From NCBI GenBank assembly GCA_963851265.1, contig CAWKNZ010000002.1, positions 1,472,001 to 1,536,000 on the forward strand: a stretch of 64,000 nt of DNA, written 5' to 3'. Made by a program: the position numbers and the translations under genes. The notes below the pieces were generated by a model. That model did not search any database, was not told where the DNA came from, and saw only the letters and a program-made list of their open reading frames with translations. Of the stretch, positions 32,616 to 44,015 are shown piece after piece. The first letter of the stretch is position 1, and each line of letters starts with the position of its first letter. This stretch comes from an uncultured Gemmatimonadales bacterium (GTDB lineage: Bacteria; Gemmatimonadota; Gemmatimonadetes; Gemmatimonadales; Gemmatimonadaceae).

Positions 32616-33542
32616 ATGCCGACCGCGCCGCCACCGATCGCCCCGCCGCACCCGCCAGCCGACACCGACGACCGCCGCGATCCGACTGTGTCGGATTCGG
32701 GCGAACACGCGTCGTCGTCGCAGACTCCGGCCGTGGGCACGCGCCTGTCCGCGGCCGAGATCCACGACAACGTGGTGGTCGCGGCCGACGAGGAAATGCG
32801 GCGGTCGACGACGGAACTCGCGTTTTCGGCGTTCCAGGCCGGATTGATGATCGGCTTCAGCCTGCTCGCGGCGGCGTACCTGGCGTCGCTCGTCGGCCCG
32901 GAGCACCGCGCCGCAGCCGCCGCAGCGGGCTACCCGCTCGGCTTCATCTTCGTCGTGCTCGCGCGCAACCAGCTGTTCACGGAAAACACGCTCGATCCGC
33001 TCCTCCCATTGCTGGAGCGCCGAGACCAGGAGACGCTCAACGGCGTCGTTCGCCTCTGGAGCATCGTCCTGCCCGGCAACCTGCTCGGCGCGCTCGCGTT
33101 CGCCCTGCTCGCGGCGCACACGCCGATGATCGACGGCCCGCTCCAGACGTCGCTGCACGACGTCGCCGAGCACGCGACCAGCGGCGGGTTCGGTATCGTA
33201 TTCTACCGCGCGATTTTCGGCGGGTGGCTGGTCGCGCTCATGGCGTGGCTGGTGGCCTCGACGTCGTTCACCGGCGCGCAGATCCTGTTCGTGTGGCTCA
33301 CGACGGCGCCGATCGCCGCGTTCGGGTTCCGCCACGCCATCGCAGGCGCGGCCGAAGCCTTTTACCAGGCCGCCTCCGGCCGCTCGACGTGGGCCGAGAT
33401 GTTAGGCGCGTTTCTCGTGCCGGCCATCCTCGGCAACATCGTCGGCGGCGGCGTGCTCGTCGCGTTGCTGAACCACGGACAGGTGTTCTCGCGGCTCGCG
33501 CGCCGCATGCGACGCAGGGAAGGCGACGCGAAGCGGACCTAG
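32616..33542 (+). CDS. Formate/nitrite transporter (FNT) family protein
   Basis: YPLGFIFVVLARNQLFTENT, GNLLG and LGNIVGG motifs; multiple TMs. Start uncertain. Confidence 0.88.
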   Translation: MPTAPPPIAPPHPPADTDDRRDPTVSDSGEHASSSQTPAVGTRLSAAEIHDNVVVAADEEMRRSTTELAFSAFQAGLMIGFSLLAAAYLASLVGPEHRAAAAAAGYPLGFIFVVLARNQLFTENTLDPLLPLLERRDQETLNGVVRLWSIVLPGNLLGALAFALLAAHTPMIDGPLQTSLHDVAEHATSGGFGIVFYRAIFGGWLVALMAWLVASTSFTGAQILFVWLTTAPIAAFGFRHAIAGAAEAFYQAASGRSTWAEMLGAFLVPAILGNIVGGGVLVALLNHGQVFSRLARRMRRREGDAKRT

Positions 33543-33988
33543 AGCGCCGAACGCGCCCTTTCGCGCCGAGGGTCACGCGTCGCGCGCGGCCCGCAGCCGG
33601 GCGAGTGCCGCGTCGACGGACCGCGGCAGTGCCGGCGCGTCCCCGCACGGTGCTACGCCCACTGCCGTCGTGAACGAGCATAGCGAACGCGAACCGGGCG
33701 GTCCAACTGAGTCCGCGATTCGCTCGCCCATCGTCACCGGCGTGTGTCGGTCGGCGCCGCTGTCGTCTGCGTCGTGCGCTCAACGACGCTCGAATGCAGA
33801 CTCTCTCCCAGCGTTCCTCGATCGACGTGAGGTTCTAGCGCCGGGAGGCTTGGCCGACGACCCACAGCCGCCCGCGTTCGGCATCGTATGCGAGCCGGCT
33901 CGTGACCGCGAATCCGTCGAGCGGCTCGTCGCACCCCAGATCCCAATTCCGCGACCCGCGTCGCGTATACACCGGCGCGGTCGCCGCG

Positions 33989-35626
33989 TCAGGCGCTCGG
34001 CCGGTAGCGCCCCCACGCGGCGGCGAGTGTGTCCGAGATCTCGCCCACCGACGCGCGGGCACGCACCGCGTCGACGACCAGCGGCATCAAGGGCGCGCGG
34101 GCCGCACCCGGAACCGCGTACGGCGGCGCGGCGGCGGCGAGGGCGCCCAACGTGCGCTCGACGGCGACGGCGTCGCGCCGACGGCGGACCGACGCGAGCG
34201 CGTCGACCTGCGCGCGTTCGAGCGCACTGAAGTCGGGAGCAGGGATGATCGGCGGCTCCTGCGCGTCCGCGAACTTGTTGACGCCGACGACGACCGTCTC
34301 GCCGGCCTCGACGCGGAGCTGGTGTTCGTACGCGCTCCGCGCGATCTCCTCCTGAAAGAAGCCGCGCGCGATCGCCTCCGCCGCTCCGCCCATCGCGTCC
34401 ACGCGCTCGAGCAACTCGCGCGCGCGCCGTTCCAACTCGTCGGTGAGCGACTCCACGTAATAGCTTCCCGCCAGCGGGTCAACCGTCTGGGCGGTGCCGC
34501 TCTCGTATCCGAGGATCTGCTGCGTGCGCAGCGCGAGCGTTGCCGCCTCGGCGGTCGGCAGCGCGAGCGCCTCGTCGTAACCGTTGGTGTGGAGCGACTG
34601 CGTGCCGCCCAACACGGCGGCGAGCGCCTGCACCGTCACCCGGACCACGTTGTTGAGCGGTTGCTGCGCCTGCAGCGTGACGCCGCCGGTCTGCGTGTGG
34701 AAGCGCAGCCGCGCGCTCGCGTCGGACGCGCCGAACCGCTCGCGCATCAGGCGCGCGTAAAGGCGACGCGCGGCGCGGAACTTCGCGGCCTCCTCGAACA
34801 GGTCGTTGTGCGCGGCGAAGAAGAAGGACAGGCGCGGCGCGAAGGCGTCGACCGGGAGTCCGGCGTCCACCGCGCGCCGCACGTACTCCATCGCGTTGGC
34901 GAACGTGAACGCGAGCTCCTGCACGGCCGTCGCGCCCGCCTCGCGGATGTGGTACCCGGAGATCGAGATCGGATTCCACAACGGCACCTCGGCCGCGCAG
35001 AACCGGAACGTCTCGGCCACGAGGTTGAGCGACGGCTCGGGCGGGAAGACGTAGGTGCCGCGCGCCGCGTACTCCTTGAGGATGTCGTTCTGCGTCGTGC
35101 CCGACAGCTTGTCGCGCGCGATCCCCCGCTCCTCTGCCACCACGACGTACATCGCGAGCAGGACCGACGCGGTGGCGTTGATCGTCATCGAGGTCGAGAC
35201 GCGGTCGAGCGGCAGGCCCGCCAGCAGCGCGTGCATGTCCTCGACGGTGTCGATCGCGACCCCCACCCGCCCGACCTCGCCTAACGCGCGCGGCGAGTCC
35301 GAATCGATGCCCATCTGCGTGGGGAGGTCGAACGCCGTCGAGAGTCCGGTCTGTCCGGCATCGAGGAGCAGCTTGAACCGCGCGTTCGTGTCGGCCGCGG
35401 TGCCGAAGCCGGCGTACTGGCGCATCGTCCACAGCCGGCCCCGGTACATCGAGGCCTGCACGCCGCGCGTGAACGGGAACGCGCCCGGGTCGCCGAGGTC
35501 GACCCGGTAATCGATGTGCGCCCCGCCCTCGCCCGCGTCGGCGGGTCGGTACACGGGCGCGACCGGGATGTCGGACGGCGAGCGCCGCTCGTCGCCCGAC
35601 GCGGCCGGCCTAACAGGAGCGGCCAC
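33989..35626 (-). CDS. Methylmalonyl-CoA mutase family, substrate-binding subunit (no B12-binding domain)
   Basis: PFTRG...[52 protein letters not shown]; no DxHxxG seen. Confidence 0.93.
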   Translation of the reverse strand: MAAPVRPAASGDERRSPSDIPVAPVYRPADAGEGGAHIDYRVDLGDPGAFPFTRGVQASMYRGRLWTMRQYAGFGTAADTNARFKLLLDAGQTGLSTAFDLPTQMGIDSDSPRALGEVGRVGVAIDTVEDMHALLAGLPLDRVSTSMTINATASVLLAMYVVVAEERGIARDKLSGTTQNDILKEYAARGTYVFPPEPSLNLVAETFRFCAAEVPLWNPISISGYHIREAGATAVQELAFTFANAMEYVRRAVDAGLPVDAFAPRLSFFFAAHNDLFEEAAKFRAARRLYARLMRERFGASDASARLRFHTQTGGVTLQAQQPLNNVVRVTVQALAAVLGGTQSLHTNGYDEALALPTAEAATLALRTQQILGYESGTAQTVDPLAGSYYVESLTDELERRARELLERVDAMGGAAEAIARGFFQEEIARSAYEHQLRVEAGETVVVGVNKFADAQEPPIIPAPDFSALERAQVDALASVRRRRDAVAVERTLGALAAAAPPYAVPGAARAPLMPLVVDAVRARASVGEISDTLAAAWGRYRPSA

Positions 35627-35635
35627 GATCCCGCC

Positions 35636-36748
<1,113 letters not shown>

Positions 36749-36770
36749 GGGACTGGGCCTCGGCAGGGGT

Positions 36771-37202
36771 TCAGCCGGGCAGCCGACGGGGAACAGACGG
36801 TCGGGCCGCGGCGGCCGTGCTCGCCCGTGCGAGTTGAGCACTCGCGAAGCGATCGGCCTCGGTCTCGAAACGGTTCCGGGCGTACCCGTGTCGCAGCGAC
36901 TCCCAGCAGTACAGCAGCGGGAACGCGCGCTGCCGGGCAAACTGACGGACGTGCGCGAGTTCGTGCAAGAGCAACGCGGCCGACGCACCCTCGGCATCCG
37001 CGAGGAAGATCGTTCCCCAGAGTGTGATGCCCGCCACGGTGGCCTGCCCCAGGCACCACCCGCCGACGCGCAGCGGCAGCCCGCCCGTGCGCCAGCGCGC
37101 GTCCGCGAGTTCGGGATGTCGCGCCAGCAAGGCCGTCGCGAGCGTGATCGGTCGGCCGACGAGCGCGACGCGCACGCGCGCGAGGAGGGACGCGCGCCTC
37201 AC
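36771..37202 (-). CDS. Small HExxH zinc-metallopeptidase-like protein (DUF4157-like)
   Basis: [37 protein letters not shown] overlap with the comEC stop. Confidence 0.75.
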   Translation of the reverse strand: MRRASLLARVRVALVGRPITLATALLARHPELADARWRTGGLPLRVGGWCLGQATVAGITLWGTIFLADAEGASAALLLHELAHVRQFARQRAFPLLYCWESLRHGYARNRFETEADRFASAQLARASTAAAARPSVPRRLPG

Positions 37203-39538
37203 GGCGCCCCAGGCTCGACGGCAACGGAGCGACCGTCCGTGGTCACGACGAGGGTTCCATCGGCATCGGTGCGTCGCACCTCCGCGCCGCCCGCGCGGAG
37301 CCGGCCGACGACCTCCGGGCTCGGGTGTCCGTACATGTTGGCTGCACCCACGCTGACGAGCGCGAGTCGCGGTCGGACGGCACCGAGAAACGCCGCGGTC
37401 GAACTGGTCGCACTTCCGTGGTGGGCCACCTTGAGCACGTCTGCGGTAAGGCTCGCGTCCGGACCGCCGGTCGCGGCGCGCGCTACGAGCCACGCCTCCT
37501 CGGGACCTTCCGCGTCGCCGGTCAGCAGAAAGCGCACCGCGCCGTACTCGACGCGTACCACGACGCTCGAAAGGTTGGGGTCGTGCAGCTCGGCCGTCCA
37601 CGCCGAATCGGGCGCGAGCGCGGTCAACCGTACGCCGTCGATGGTGAGGACGTCGTCGGGCCGCACGCGGTGCCAGGTCGCGCCCGCGTCGCGCGTCGCG
37701 GCGAGCACGTCGCGGTACGTGGCGCTGCCGAGTGCGTAGCCGCCGTCCCACACGGTGGCGGGGCGCAGTCGCCGGATGACCGACGGCGCGCCGCCGACGT
37801 GATCGGCGTGCGGGTGCGACAGCACGAGGGCAGCCACGCGGCCGCCGCGGCGGCGCACGTAGGGCACGACGACGTGAGCCCCGGCATCCACGCCGATTCC
37901 GCCCGGGCCGGCGTCGAACAACACCCAATCGCCGTGCGGCGTCCGGAGTGCCACGGCGTCGCCCTGCCCGACGTCGAGCACGTGCAGTTCGAGTCGCCCG
38001 CTCCCACCCGGCCGGGCCCACGCGAGGGCCGCGCCGGCGAGCGCGATCACACCGGCGAGGGCGACGCGTGCGGACTGGCGGCGTCCGGTCGCCGCTCGCG
38101 CGACGAACGCCCCCGCCGCGATCGCCGCACACGCGGCGCCCAACAGCGTCGGCGCGACCGCGACGGTCGCGCCGGGAAACGCGCCCAGGTGTTCGGCAAG
38201 CGCCGTGAGCGCGCGCAGGAGGAGTCGCGTCCCGTCCGCGAGGAGCGTGGCGAGCGGCCGGAGCGGCGCGACGACGACGGTGAGGAACAGTGCCGGCTGC
38301 AGGAGTGCGAGCACCGGTTCGGCGGCGAGGTTCGCGACGATGCCCACGGTGCTCACGCGGCCGAAGTGCCACGCGACGAGCGGCGCGGTCGCGAGCGTCG
38401 CGACCGCGCCGACCAGCGTGTCGGTGGCGAGGCGCGCTCGCCACGCGACGCGCCCGTGCGCGGTCAGGCCGCCCCAGAGGCGCACCTGGGGCGAAGGAGC
38501 CGGAGGAGGCGCCGCATAGGGCGACGGACGGTGCGCGGCGCGCGCAGCGCGCGTCCACCGGGCCCCGAGCGCGCGAGAGGCGACGAGTGCCGCCATTCCC
38601 GACATCGATAGCTGATAGCCGAGATCGAGTACGACTCGCGGGTCGACCAGCGGGACGAGGCCGCCAGCGGCGAACGCGGTCCAAGGCGACGTCGGGCGCT
38701 GCGAGACGCGCGATGCGGCGCCCGCGGCGAGCATGACGGCGGCCCGCACCGCCGGCGCAGGCGCACCGATCAGCAGCACGTACGCCCCGACCGCCGCCGT
38801 GCTCGTGACGGCCACCGTGCCGGGCGCCAGGCGTCCCGCACGAAGCAGAAGCGTGAGCGCGCCGGCGACGATCGCGACGTGGAGTCCAGACACGCTGAGG
38901 GCGTGCACGAGCCCTGCATCGGCGTACGCGTCGCGGACCGCCGGCGGGATGTCGTCCTCGTCGGCGATCACGAGGGCCCGCGCGAGCGGCGCGTCGCGCG
39001 AACCGAACAAGGTGTCGAGCACCGCGCCGACGCGCGCGCGAGTGCGCACGAGGTGGTCGACGCCACCGATCGGCGTGATCACCGTCTCGGGCACCCGCAC
39101 GCCGCGCGGGGTCGGCCAGGCGATACCGCGCGCGGCGATGCGCGCGCCCGCGCTCGCGGAGCCCGCTGCGACGTGGAGCGAGGCGCGCGCGGCGCACGGC
39201 GCCTCGACGGCGACGCGGGCGCGGTCACCAGGCCCTGCGTCGGCGAGGATCACGCCTTGGAACGCGCCCTCCTGCACGAGTCGCGCGCGACAGGCCGTGT
39301 CGGCGCGCGTCGCGAGTGCGCCCGAGAGCAGGCCGCCCGCACCGCACGCGGCAGCGAACGCGGTGGCGCGCCAGCGTCGGGCGTGGCGGTCGCCCAGCGC
39401 GCGTGCGAAGCACGCGGCGGCGACTCCGGCCGAGGCCAGGGCGAGCGCGATCGCGGCGGCAGGCTGCCGGGCGGCCACGAGCAACCCGGCCGCGGCTCCG
39501 CCCGCGAGCGCGACGTAAGTTCGGAAGAGCGGCGACAC
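37199..39538 (-). CDS. comEC: DNA internalization competence protein ComEC/Rec2
   Basis: GLVHALSVSGLHV competence domain; LDVGQGDA, SHPHADHVGG and LKVAHHGS metallo-beta-lactamase domain. Confidence 0.93.
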   Translation of the reverse strand: MSPLFRTYVALAGGAAAGLLVAARQPAAAIALALASAGVAAACFARALGDRHARRWRATAFAAACGAGGLLSGALATRADTACRARLVQEGAFQGVILADAGPGDRARVAVEAPCAARASLHVAAGSASAGARIAARGIAWPTPRGVRVPETVITPIGGVDHLVRTRARVGAVLDTLFGSRDAPLARALVIADEDDIPPAVRDAYADAGLVHALSVSGLHVAIVAGALTLLLRAGRLAPGTVAVTSTAAVGAYVLLIGAPAPAVRAAVMLAAGAASRVSQRPTSPWTAFAAGGLVPLVDPRVVLDLGYQLSMSGMAALVASRALGARWTRAARAAHRPSPYAAPPPAPSPQVRLWGGLTAHGRVAWRARLATDTLVGAVATLATAPLVAWHFGRVSTVGIVANLAAEPVLALLQPALFLTVVVAPLRPLATLLADGTRLLLRALTALAEHLGAFPGATVAVAPTLLGAACAAIAAGAFVARAATGRRQSARVALAGVIALAGAALAWARPGGSGRLELHVLDVGQGDAVALRTPHGDWVLFDAGPGGIGVDAGAHVVVPYVRRRGGRVAALVLSHPHADHVGGAPSVIRRLRPATVWDGGYALGSATYRDVLAATRDAGATWHRVRPDDVLTIDGVRLTALAPDSAWTAELHDPNLSSVVVRVEYGAVRFLLTGDAEGPEEAWLVARAATGGPDASLTADVLKVAHHGSATSSTAAFLGAVRPRLALVSVGAANMYGHPSPEVVGRLRAGGAEVRRTDADGTLVVTTDGRSVAVEPGAP

Positions 39539-39633
39539 GCGCGCAGCATACCGGCGGCGCGCTGGCCACCATCCATCACGGCCTTGCATGGTGGGCTGAA
39601 ACGTCGCCCGCCCGACCGTTCACTCCGTCATCC

Positions 39634-40197
39634 GTGTCCGACCCGCGTCCCCGGTCCGAACTGCTCGACCGCGTCCTGTCCGCGTCGGCCGCCCTCGTCG
39701 CCGCGTCGGCGCTCGCCGTCTCCGTGTACCAGGCGAGGATCATGCGCGAACAGCAGGTGATGAGCGCGTGGCCGTACGTCGTTCAGGGCAACACGGGCGT
39801 CGACCCCTATGCTCGCATCGTCCAGAACGTCGGACTCGGCCCGGCGCTCGTGCGAAGTTTCATCGTGGAAGTCGACGGCCGCCCGGTCCACTACTGGGGC
39901 GAGCTGCGCGAGGCGGTCGAGCACGGCTCCAGGCCGGCACCCATCGCGACGCGCAGCACGAGTTCTACGCTTCGCCGGGGACTGGTACTGCTACCCGGCA
40001 CGCCGAGCGAGGTGCTGCACGTGGAGGGTGCCGACGCGGCGGCGCGCATGCGCGCCGTGCTCACCGACGAGCGCGTTCGGATGCGCGTGTGCTACTGCTC
40101 CCTGTACGAGGACTGCTGGACGTCCGACACGCGCGAGTACGAGCCCGTCCGCGTGGCCGCGTGCCCGTCCGACGCGACGCGCGAGTTCTACCGTTAG
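39634..40197 (+). CDS. Hypothetical protein with N-terminal TM and C-terminal CYCSxxxxCW motif
   Basis: SAALVAASALAVSVYQ TM, SAWPY, QNVGLGPA, CYCSLYEDCW. Start at GTG 39634. Confidence 0.7.
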   Translation: MSDPRPRSELLDRVLSASAALVAASALAVSVYQARIMREQQVMSAWPYVVQGNTGVDPYARIVQNVGLGPALVRSFIVEVDGRPVHYWGELREAVEHGSRPAPIATRSTSSTLRRGLVLLPGTPSEVLHVEGADAAARMRAVLTDERVRMRVCYCSLYEDCWTSDTREYEPVRVAACPSDATREFYR

Positions 40198-41543
40198 GCG
40201 AACGCGGCCATCGGCAGCGCCGCGCGACGCGGCTCCGCGTCGCGCACCACGCTCCCGGTGAACGTCGACCCTGTCGTTCCCGTCAGCTCCACCGTCACGT
40301 AGTCCCCGATCGCGGCGTGGTCCGACGGCAGCATCACCGTCTTGAAGTCCCGGGTCCGCGCTTGCAGCAGCCCGCCGCGCCGCGCTTCCTTCTCGACGAG
40401 CACCTCGTGCCGCGTGCCCAACAGCCGGAGATTGCGCTCTCGCGCCCCGCCGCGCACCGTCGCGATCAGCCGCTCGAGTCGCGCGCTGGCGACGTCGTCG
40501 GGTACGAAGGTTGACGCGTCCATGCGCGTCGCCGGCGTGCCGTCGCGCGGGGAGAACTTGAACGTGTACGCGTCCTCGAATCCCAGTTCCTCAACGAGCG
40601 ACAGCGTCTCGGCAAAGTCCTCCTCGGTTTCGCCCGGGAAGCCGACGATCACGTCCGTCGTGAGATTGACGCGCGGGATGGCCGCGCGCAGGCGCGCCAC
40701 GCAGTCGCGGTATCCCTCGCGCGTGTAGCGGCGCAGCATGCGCTTCAGCACCCGCGTCGACCCGCTCTGCATCGGCAGGTGGACGTGCTCGCACAGCTGC
40801 CGTACCTCGGCCATCGCCGCGAGGACGCGGTCGGTGAAGTCGTTGGGATGCGGGCTCGTGAAGCGAATGCGGCGCACGCCCTCGACCCCGCCCACGGCCC
40901 GGAGCAGGTCGGCAAAATCGTGCGTCCCGTCGTGGTACGAGTTCACCGTCTGGCCGAGCAGCACGACCTCGCCGATGCCGTCGCGGACGACCTGCTCCGT
41001 CTCGCGCACCACGTCGGCGAGCTTGCGGCTCCGCTCCGACCCGCGCGTGTACGGCACGATGCAGTACGTACATCGGTAGTCGCACCCGCGCTGCACCGGA
41101 ATCCACGCCTTCACGCCGTCGAACCGCCGCGGCGTGAAGTCCTCGTAGTGCTCCTCGAGGTCGAAGCTCGTCGCGGTCACGCGCTCGCCCGCGCGGGCGC
41201 TCTCGAGCATGAGCGGGAGCGCGCGGTAGCCGTCCGGCCCGACGACGAGCGACACGTGCCGCGCCTTCTCGAGCAGCGTCGGCCCGAGACGCTGCGCCAT
41301 GCACCCGGCGACGCCTAACACGCTCCCCGGCTTCATGTGCCGCTTGAGCTCGCCCAGGCGCCCCACCACACGCTGCTCCGCGTGGTCGCGGATCGCGCAC
41401 GTGTTCACGAGAATCACGTCTGCGCCGTCGGGCGCGTCGACCGCGTCGTAGCCGTTCGCGGCGAGGCTGCCGTACATGAGCTCCGAATCGCTCACGTTCA
41501 TCTGGCAGCCGTAGGTTTCGATGTAGACGGTCGGACGGGACAT
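40194..41543 (-). CDS. miaB: tRNA-2-methylthio-N6-dimethylallyladenosine synthase
   Basis: ETYGCQMN, radical-SAM CDYRCTYC, RFTSPHP, C-terminal TRAM domain. Confidence 0.95.
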   Translation of the reverse strand: MSRPTVYIETYGCQMNVSDSELMYGSLAANGYDAVDAPDGADVILVNTCAIRDHAEQRVVGRLGELKRHMKPGSVLGVAGCMAQRLGPTLLEKARHVSLVVGPDGYRALPLMLESARAGERVTATSFDLEEHYEDFTPRRFDGVKAWIPVQRGCDYRCTYCIVPYTRGSERSRKLADVVRETEQVVRDGIGEVVLLGQTVNSYHDGTHDFADLLRAVGGVEGVRRIRFTSPHPNDFTDRVLAAMAEVRQLCEHVHLPMQSGSTRVLKRMLRRYTREGYRDCVARLRAAIPRVNLTTDVIVGFPGETEEDFAETLSLVEELGFEDAYTFKFSPRDGTPATRMDASTFVPDDVASARLERLIATVRGGARERNLRLLGTRHEVLVEKEARRGGLLQARTRDFKTVMLPSDHAAIGDYVTVELTGTTGSTFTGSVVRDAEPRRAALPMAAFA

Positions 41544-41592
41544 CACGCGCCTGAGGCAGAAGGCAGCGCCGACGGTGCGCCGGCTCCGGAAG

Positions 41593-42828
41593 CTACCCCG
41601 CCGTCCGCGCCTTCGTAACCGGTTGTCCCGTAACCGCTTGCGGCGTCGCCGACGGCGCGAGCGGGAGTAAGACGTGGAACGCTGCGCCCGGGAACTCGGC
41701 GTCGGGCGTCGCGCTCTGGACCCACACGCGCCCGCCGTGCGCCTCGACCGCGAGCTTGCAGAACGCCAGCCCGAGCCCGGAGCCGCGGCCGTGCGCGCGA
41801 TCCACCGGCGCGCCGGGCAGCCGTGCCGTCTGGAACTTGCGGAAGATCAACTCGCGATACTCGGGCGGCACGCCGGGCCCGCGGTCCTCGACGGTGAACA
41901 GCACGCCGTCCAACGCGGGCCGCGCACCCACGCGGACGGCGAGCCGCCCGTCGGCGCCGCCGCCGTGCACGAGCGCGTTCTGCAGCAGGTTGTTGAACAC
42001 GCGCCGTACGAGCGCCCGGTCCGCGGCCAACGTCGGCGTCCGGGCCGCGACATCGGTCGCGAGCGTCGCTTCCGCCGCGGCCAGTCGCACGGCCCAGTCG
42101 CGCCGCAGGTCGTCGAGCAGTTCGGCCGGCGCGATCGGTTCCGGGCGCAGCACCACCGACTCCTCCTCCACGCGCGCGACCTCGAGCAGGTCGTCGATCA
42201 GACCGAGCAGCTCCTCGGACTTCGACCTGGCGTCGCCGAGTGCGCCGCGCTGCACCGCCGACACGGTCCCATAGTCGCCATCCGACACCATCTCGAGCGT
42301 GGCGAGGACCGACGTGAGCGGCGACTTGAGGTCGTGCACCATCATCTTGAGCAGGTCGTCACGGACCTTTTCGAGCTCGCGCAGGCGGCGCACCGTATCC
42401 TCGAGCGCGTCGGTCGCGCGCTTGAGTCGCAGGAGGGACCGCACGCGCGCGCCGAGCACCTGGCGGTTGTGCGGCTTCGTGAGGAAATCGTCGCCGCCCG
42501 CCTCGATTGCGAGCACGCGGTCGTTCGTGTCGGTGAGCGCGGTGACGAAGATGACGGGAACGCGCGCGGTGCGCGCGTCCCGCTTGAGGCGGCGACACAC
42601 TTCGTAGCCGGCGGCGCGGTCCGGGACGCCGAGGTCTCCCGCCGGCATGGACACGTCGAGCAGGCAGATGTCGGGACGCGCCTCGAACGCGGTCGCGAGC
42701 GCGGACGGCGCGTCCGTCGCGGTCGCGGTCCGGTATCCCAGGATGTGCAACTGGTCGACGAGCAGCTCCACATTCGCGGGCACGTCGTCCGCGACGAGAA
42801 CAAGCGGGGCGTCGCTCCCGTCGGTCAC
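41593..42828 (-). CDS. Hybrid response regulator / histidine kinase (REC-HisKA-HATPase)
   Basis: VLVADD, LLDVSMP, DDFLTKP; HDLKSPL; NLLQNA, DRGPGV, GSGLGLAFC. Confidence 0.9.
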   Translation of the reverse strand: MTDGSDAPLVLVADDVPANVELLVDQLHILGYRTATATDAPSALATAFEARPDICLLDVSMPAGDLGVPDRAAGYEVCRRLKRDARTARVPVIFVTALTDTNDRVLAIEAGGDDFLTKPHNRQVLGARVRSLLRLKRATDALEDTVRRLRELEKVRDDLLKMMVHDLKSPLTSVLATLEMVSDGDYGTVSAVQRGALGDARSKSEELLGLIDDLLEVARVEEESVVLRPEPIAPAELLDDLRRDWAVRLAAAEATLATDVAARTPTLAADRALVRRVFNNLLQNALVHGGGADGRLAVRVGARPALDGVLFTVEDRGPGVPPEYRELIFRKFQTARLPGAPVDRAHGRGSGLGLAFCKLAVEAHGGRVWVQSATPDAEFPGAAFHVLLPLAPSATPQAVTGQPVTKARTAG

Positions 42829-44015
42829 GGCCGCAGCGTGAACCCGAGACTCAGCGTCCACGCGCGCTCGCGGACCCCGCTCAGCGCCGTCGGCTCGTCC
42901 ACGGCGCTGCGCAGCGCGCGCTGGAGCGTGAGGTCCGTGACCGCGCGCCCCCCAGCTAACGGCAGCCCGAGCCCGCCCGTGTACGCCGTCTCCCGGATCT
43001 GCGCCCCGTCGATCGCGAACGGGAGCGTGCGCTGCCGCGCGCCGAGTCGCAGAATCACCGGCGCGGCGCCGACCGAGGGACCCAGGGCCTCGATCCCGCC
43101 CATCAGTTCGTGCGTATCGCGGGCGTCGAGGCGCGAGGAACCGAGCCCGTTCATGCTCGACCAAATGGTGCGCGCGTATGACGCAGCGATGGTCGCGCCC
43201 GTGATCCGGTCGACGCGGAGCCCGAGTCCGTAGCGGTTCGGCACGGTGCCGCGGCCGACCACGGTGTCGCCGAACTCGGCCCTCATGCTCCCCCCGCGAC
43301 GGACCGAACCGGCCAGACTCAGGCCCCGGACCGGCGAGACCAGCGCGCCCGCACTGAACGCCGACCCTGTGAAGCTGAGTGTCGTCGAATCGGTGATCGA
43401 GCCGAAATTCGTGGTGTCGTAGAACTGGCGACCCGTGACGAGGCGATTGTTGCCCGTGAGCCGGTGCACCGCGACGCCGACCTGCAGCCAGCGCGTGACG
43501 ACGGCCCCCACCCCGAGGCGCAGATCCGAGATGCTGCCGCGCGACTCGACCGTCTCACGCGCCGAGACGGTCGAATCGCCGACGCTCGTCGCCGTCGAAT
43601 CGGTCGTCGTGAAGGAGCGGTCGAGAAAGGTCGACGCGCTGAACCCGAACGTGAACCGCTGCCGGAACGGGACGCCGATCGCGACCACCGGGAAGCGCGC
43701 GATGGTGTTGCGCGCGACGGCCGATCCGACCGTCGTGGTGCGAAACTCGGGGTCGTACTGGAAGGCGAACGCCGTGCGACCGTAGAGCGTGAGCGACGCG
43801 GGGTTGAGCGGCGACACCGGGTCGAACTCGGCCAACCCGCCGCCCGTCCCGAGCGCGCGCGTACTGAGCTGACCGGTGGGGTACCCGTAGCCCTGGCCCG
43901 ACAGACTGCCCTGCGCGGCGGCAGTGCCGCCGAGAAGCCCGAGACACGTTCCGGCTACGACCGTCGCCCCGGCAGAAGTGCGCGCCGCTCGGCGCAGATG
44001 GAGCGATCGCATCAC
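42825..44015 (-). CDS. Hypothetical outer-membrane beta-barrel (FadL/PorV-like N-terminus)
   Basis: Signal peptide; RALGTGG...NPASL hatch-like motif; ends WTLSLGFTLRP. Confidence 0.65.
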   Translation of the reverse strand: MMRSLHLRRAARTSAGATVVAGTCLGLLGGTAAAQGSLSGQGYGYPTGQLSTRALGTGGGLAEFDPVSPLNPASLTLYGRTAFAFQYDPEFRTTTVGSAVARNTIARFPVVAIGVPFRQRFTFGFSASTFLDRSFTTTDSTATSVGDSTVSARETVESRGSISDLRLGVGAVVTRWLQVGVAVHRLTGNNRLVTGRQFYDTTNFGSITDSTTLSFTGSAFSAGALVSPVRGLSLAGSVRRGGSMRAEFGDTVVGRGTVPNRYGLGLRVDRITGATIAASYARTIWSSMNGLGSSRLDARDTHELMGGIEALGPSVGAAPVILRLGARQRTLPFAIDGAQIRETAYTGGLGLPLAGGRAVTDLTLQRALRSAVDEPTALSGVRERAWTLSLGFTLRP

